This document shows positions 58,362-64,000 of a stretch of DNA of 64,000 bases, one piece after another. How positions within the stretch are numbered: position 1 is the first letter of the stretch; each line of letters begins with the position of its first letter. The DNA is from the human T2T-CHM13v2.0 reference genome, Homo sapiens, in the NCBI RefSeq assembly GCF_009914755.1, contig NC_060935.1; one strand, 5' to 3'. A program made the position numbers and the translations under genes. The notes beneath the pieces are model-generated. The model made no database searches. It was not told where the DNA came from and saw only the letters and a list, made by a program, of their open reading frames with translations.

Positions 58362-58538
58362 TTTTTAGAAGTACCCAGATTTGACAAAGAAAACCCTTTT
58401 GAAGGCCTGGATGATATAAATCTGTGGATTCCTCTAAGTGAAAATCATGACATTTGGATAAAGACACTGACTTGTGCTTTTTTGGACAGTGGAGGCACAA
58501 AATGTGAAATTCTTCAATTATTAAAGCCAATGTGTGAA
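58362..58538 (+). CDS. ATM: ATM exon 36
   Basis: tag|TTTTT...GAA|gtaaga; 177 nt; [12 protein letters not shown]...PMCE. Confidence 0.97.
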
Positions 58539-60183
58539 GTAAGAAGATTAATTAGTCTGATATAATTCCTTGTTTATGACCTGTTTATCTAAAGAGTGCT
58601 GTGATACTGCACATCATCTTCACATAATATCACCCCCACTCAAACTGTTGTAAATTTATTAAAGTGAGCATCCGTATTTAGTCATAACTTTATGCATTAG
58701 GTTTCAGCTTCGGGATAGCAACATACTAGAGGAGTTCTAAGGGGTGCCTTGAATAATTTGTTACTAATGATAGTTAAAATACTGCTGATTATAAATTATT
58801 TGCATTAACCAAGAGCCTGTTCTAACTTTGTTTACGTCTTCTGATAAGAGCACCTTTATTTTCCCTGATATGCTTTCTTGAATAAGAAAAAGGAGTGGGG
58901 CAGCAATCAGCATAGCTTTTTTATTTTTGAGGATATAGTACAATTTATCTCAACAAAGAGTAAAGGTACATATCAAATGAAACAAAGTTTGTACTCTTCC
59001 ATCAAATGTGTAATCTAAAACAGCATACTATGATGCTCTAAGATTTACAGAGTTAATTTATAGCACTGTCAAATGTGATTCAACAGAAATGTGAAAATAC
59101 AACATCTGATGAGGTCAAACATCTGCTGATTACAGATAACTGATAGAGAAGTATTTTCGTAATGTACTCACATTGAAAGCAATGTAAGAAGCAGTTCTTA
59201 TTTTCTACAGAAAAAGTAGTGACAGTGAATAAAACATCACCTTCTCTGCAATACTACACCGCACTCATACCAATTCAGCAGAGTGGTACCCTGAACACAC
59301 ATACAGCTTATTTCTCATTAGTGAACAAAGCTAAGATTTTTATAAAGTTTTACCTTTGAGCCAGAAAATAAAATGTTCCAAATATACATATGTACACACC
59401 CCATTTGTGGTACTTTAAATTCTCTAGCTCTAAAACTGGTGTTTTGCCTTGTCTTTGGTTTGAAAAAGAAAAAGGGTGCAATTAGTAATCTATAACCTGT
59501 CTTATGTGTGTGAAGTATGATGAATATGATGGATATGGAGTGTAATGATTCATTCATATGTTAAATATGGAGTGCGGTGAATAGCAAAAGTAAAGCTGAA
59601 TACTGTTTTAATGTGCCAGATGTATTGGAGCACTTTTCTGCTCTTTGGAATATACCACAAATAATTACCCAAATTTTATGCCCAGAAGTTGGGCTTATTA
59701 AAAAATAAACATTTTTAACATGACTGTTGTAGTTCTTCACTGAGGTTAGAAAATGCATAAAAATCAGATTTCCAACTTTTGTCTTAAACTTTTGATACCT
59801 TTTTCCCTCTTCTATCATATCAGAAAACTCCTTCTGTTACTAACGCTTTTCAACTCTGAAATTGTATTTAAAGTGGTGATATAATTTCATTTGTAAGCAA
59901 TATTCTGTTTCATTATGGTAATGGCCTAGACTGGAAATAAACAGTTACAGTGTCACTAACATATATATTTGATATTGATATACTAGCCTAGTGTGGTTTT
60001 TTAAACACCACCTAATACATGTTTTTTGTTTGTTTTTTTAGCAGTATGTTGAGTTTATGGCAGATTAATCTATCATCTTTTAGAAATTTAATATGTCAAC
60101 GGGGCATGAAAATTTTAAGTAAAATGTATTAATTTTACTCATTTTTACTCAAACTATTGGGTGGATTTGTTTGTATATTCTAG

Positions 60184-60361
60184 GTGAAAACTGACTTTTG
60201 TCAGACTGTACTTCCATACTTGATTCATGATATTTTACTCCAAGATACAAATGAATCATGGAGAAATCTGCTTTCTACACATGTTCAGGGATTTTTCACC
60301 AGCTGTCTTCGACACTTCTCGCAAACGAGCCGATCCACAACCCCTGCAAACTTGGATTCAG
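60184..60361 (+). CDS. ATM: ATM exon 37 (carries D1853 allele)
   Basis: tag|GTGAA...CAG|gtattc; 178 nt; [11 protein letters not shown]...LLQDTNES...NLDS. Confidence 0.97.
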
Positions 60362-60806
60362 GTATTCTATTAAATTTTTAACATTAATACTGTAAACTCA
60401 GTTCTAGAGAAAGATGGATTTAAGATGGAATCCCACTAAAAGCACTTTACAGGATTAAATCTATAACCTCTAAATTTGTTTCTTCATCTATGGAATGGAG
60501 ATAAAAGTTGCCAACAGTTGCAACAAGTTTTCAATGAAATAATGTGTGTAAAGTGCCTAGGATAGTACTTGATGTATAGTATTCCCTCAGTACATTTTGG
60601 CTATTGATAATGGGTCAACTAATTGAGCTTTCAATATGTGTCAGGCACTGTGCTTGCACTGGCAATATTAATGTGAAAAAGAAACACCCACATTCTAGCA
60701 ATGGAAAAAACAAACACAATCAGATATTTTAGGTACTGTGGTGCAGATACGATAGAATTTTCATATTTTCAGAGCTCTGGCCAACTCAATTTAAAAAGCA
60801 GCCTTT

Positions 60807-61109
60807 GGCCGGGCACAGTGGCTCACGCCTGTAATGCCAGCACTTTGGGATGCCAAGGTTGGTGGATCACTTCAGGTCAGGAGTTCAAGACCAGCCTGGC
60901 CAACGTGGTGAAACCCCGTCCCTACTAAAAATACAAAAATTAGCCGGGCATGGTGGCAGGCGCCTATAATTGCAGCTACTTGGGAGGCTGAGGCAGGAGA
61001 ATCACTTGAACTCAGGAGGTAGAGGCTCCTGAGGCTCACTAGCCAAGATTACACCACTGCATTCCAGACTGAACGACACAGCGAGACTGTCTAAAAAAAG
61101 AAAAAAAAC
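60807..61109 (+). mobile_element. AluS
   Basis: Alu consensus match. Confidence 0.9.
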
Positions 61110-62613
61110 CCTTTGTATAACTATAATTAACATTTAGTGTATATCCTTCTAATTGTTTAAAACAAAAATTGAACTGTACTTTATTTACTCTTATAACCTA
61201 CTTTCCTTCTATGACATATAATGGGTATTTCTCATGCCAAGAGCATAATAGCAAAAGAAATTCCACCAAGGGTTGGGTATGTATAATACATATATGCATG
61301 CTTGAAGGCTCATTATGGGTCAGTTTTTTAAACCTAAATTTTATAAAAGGATACAAAATTCACAGATCTTTATTGTTAACTGTCTTTATTATATATTATT
61401 AATGTGTTTTATATGCAAACATAAAGCTAGGTGCAAATTCACTTGTTGTACTTAAAGACCAATCAATTCTAATACAAATGTTGATTTAATGTGATATTTT
61501 GCCACAACTAATCTGCTCCTCCCAATCCTTCCAGTCACTTCAGCAAAGGTTGTGATTACTCAGTTCTTCCAATTGTTTCTTTTAGTTTTACTGCTACAAC
61601 CTTCATTTGACATGACTCTAATGTCATTTAGACTTCAGTTTGCTATGCTTTATATTTTATGTATTTTATTTTCTGTTGGCTAACAGCAATTACAAATCTA
61701 CTATTTGGAAAAATATAAATTATAAACATAGACATAGATGCCCATCCTGTGATCCTACTAGATTATAGGCTGTTCTCTAAATGATCTAGAATGTGCTTAT
61801 ATGAATTTTCCTTAGGCCACTGAAATGAAAATCCTAAAATAAAAATTCTCATAGAGGCTTTGTAAACTATCTAAAATGAATCTCTTATCTTTAATTGGGA
61901 AAATACAGGTATAAGTGATTTAAGCATTTAAAACTTTAATATGTAATTTACAGTACTATTAAAAACAATTTTTATTACATAGTTTAAGGTAATCATTGTT
62001 TATGATAATCTGGTAATTTGTTATCATGAACATGGCCAAGACTTTTTTCATGTTTATCACTTATGTATTTATGTCACAACCATTGGAAGGTAAAGTAACT
62101 GTTTTATTTTATCTGTATACAGTGCCAATATTTTTATTACCTTAAGTGAAAATTTAAACTTCACATATAAAATTCTGTTATTGAAAAGGAAATACATATT
62201 TTTGTAAAATTTAAATGGTGTATCTTTTCTGATGGCTATAAGCCTCATTGCCTTCACTAAACGTCCCATGTGCATCTCAAACTCAGCTGTCCAAAAGCAA
62301 ACGTGTCATCTTCTTCATCTCTTCCCCCAGCCTACTTTTTTAAATGTGTACCTTTTTGACAAATGGCACTCAGTTGCTTACTCTAGAAACCTCTCTCACG
62401 TATTTCATCTGATTACCAAATCTTGCCAATTCCATATTATGAATAACTTAGTCCATTTGTTTCTCTCTGCCCTTAGCATCCTTACTGCTTTCTAGCTCCA
62501 TGATTTAGCACAGTTGAAATTCTTTCATTAAATTTTCCAAGTTATTTCTTGCTTCCAGCCATCTCAGATATTATTATTATTGCCTGTAGCACTATCCTTT
62601 CCTGCTCTGATGA

Positions 62614-62956
<343 letters not shown>

Positions 62957-63405
62957 AGTATCACTTTTTCTATGAAACTTTTCTTGTCTAGGTGAGGTTC
63001 CCTCTGCTAAGCTTCTGTAGCATTTTAAACTTTCCTATTATAACACTTATCATATTGTGTTGTAATGTCCCAGGCTAGTCAGTGAGTTCTGTGTGGTCTG
63101 ACATGATCTGTCTTGTTCATGCTTATATACTGAGGACCTAGCACATAAAAGATCTTATTGAATCAATTAATTAGTCCTCCTTTGAAATAAAATATAAATT
63201 ACAATGTAAGTTCTCACTTTTTTTAAGATAACAGTTTCTTTTAAAAGCAAAAGAAATCCTATTAAATTCCTTCAGAACCAATTTTGTGTTAGGTACTGCC
63301 CACCAGAACCTTATAGCATAGTGGGAGACAGACACATAAACAAGAAGGAAGAAGGTGTGTAAGCAAGAATGCCTGGGACTGAGGGGAGATATTTTTGTTT
63401 GTCAG

Positions 63406-63493
63406 AGTCAGAGCACTTTTTCCGATGCTGTTTGGATAAAAAATCACAAAGAACAATGCTTGCTGTTGTGGACTACATGAGAAGACAAAAGAG
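63406..63493 (+). CDS. ATM: ATM exon 38
   Basis: cag|AGTCA...GAG|gtaatg; 88 nt; [28 protein letters not shown]. Confidence 0.97.
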
Positions 63494-64000
63494 GTAATGT
63501 AATGAGTGTTGCTTCTTACGTTTAGGATCTAGAGTGTAACTTGTTAACTATCGGCTGAATTTTAACATGATTATTTTAGGTGAAGGTGTTGCAAAGTGTT
63601 ATATTTAATTTGTGTGATATTTATATCTCCTTGCAGTAATCCATATTCAGGATAGCAGTTTGGTTAAATCAGTGTCAAGAACTCTCAATTCTAGTACCAG
63701 CTGTACCAGTAACCATGTTACCTTTGTTAAATTATGCAGCCTTCTTGGCTCCAATTTATTTCATCTATGTTAGGGATAGGAGCAAGTGTTTTTCCAAGTT
63801 ACATTTAGCTGTATTACCCCTCTTTTTACTTTTCTCTTTGCTTTAGTTCTAAGAAGTAAATAGAGTTGTGTAAATGTCTTCTTTATGTATCTTTATTTTA
63901 AGATGTAAGTTTCTTTACTGTGTGCAGTGGTCTCAAAATCTGTGGCAATACTGTGCTGTGACAATGTTTATTTTCTTGTTTCTGGTAAATTGTTTTATAG

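Overview
Human (or very close hominid) genomic DNA from the middle of the ATM gene (PIKK-family serine/threonine kinase, chr11q22.3), transcribed on the + strand. I traced 32 consecutive coding exons (NM_000051 exons 7-38, c.663-5762, about aa 221-1921, HEAT/solenoid region). All have AG/GT boundaries and join into one open frame. The introns are repeat-rich: a full-length but dead sense-oriented L1PA2-type LINE-1 with an open ORF0 (intron 16), an antisense 3'-truncated older L1PA fused to an Alu (intron 22), about 30 Alus, two solo LTRs, DNA-transposon MITEs and MIR/L2/L3 relics. Most entries in the ORF track are Alu/L1 by-products. The most unusual unexplained signals are a compact three-hairpin cluster with loop-loop complementarity in intron 7 (about 1005-1120), a telomere/satellite-like patch fused to an Alu stub in intron 8, an inverted-L1 arrangement bracketing exons 15-16 and 17-22, and several latent poison exons or microexons. 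Repeat subfamily calls, exon numbering and variant names come from recall and need database confirmation.
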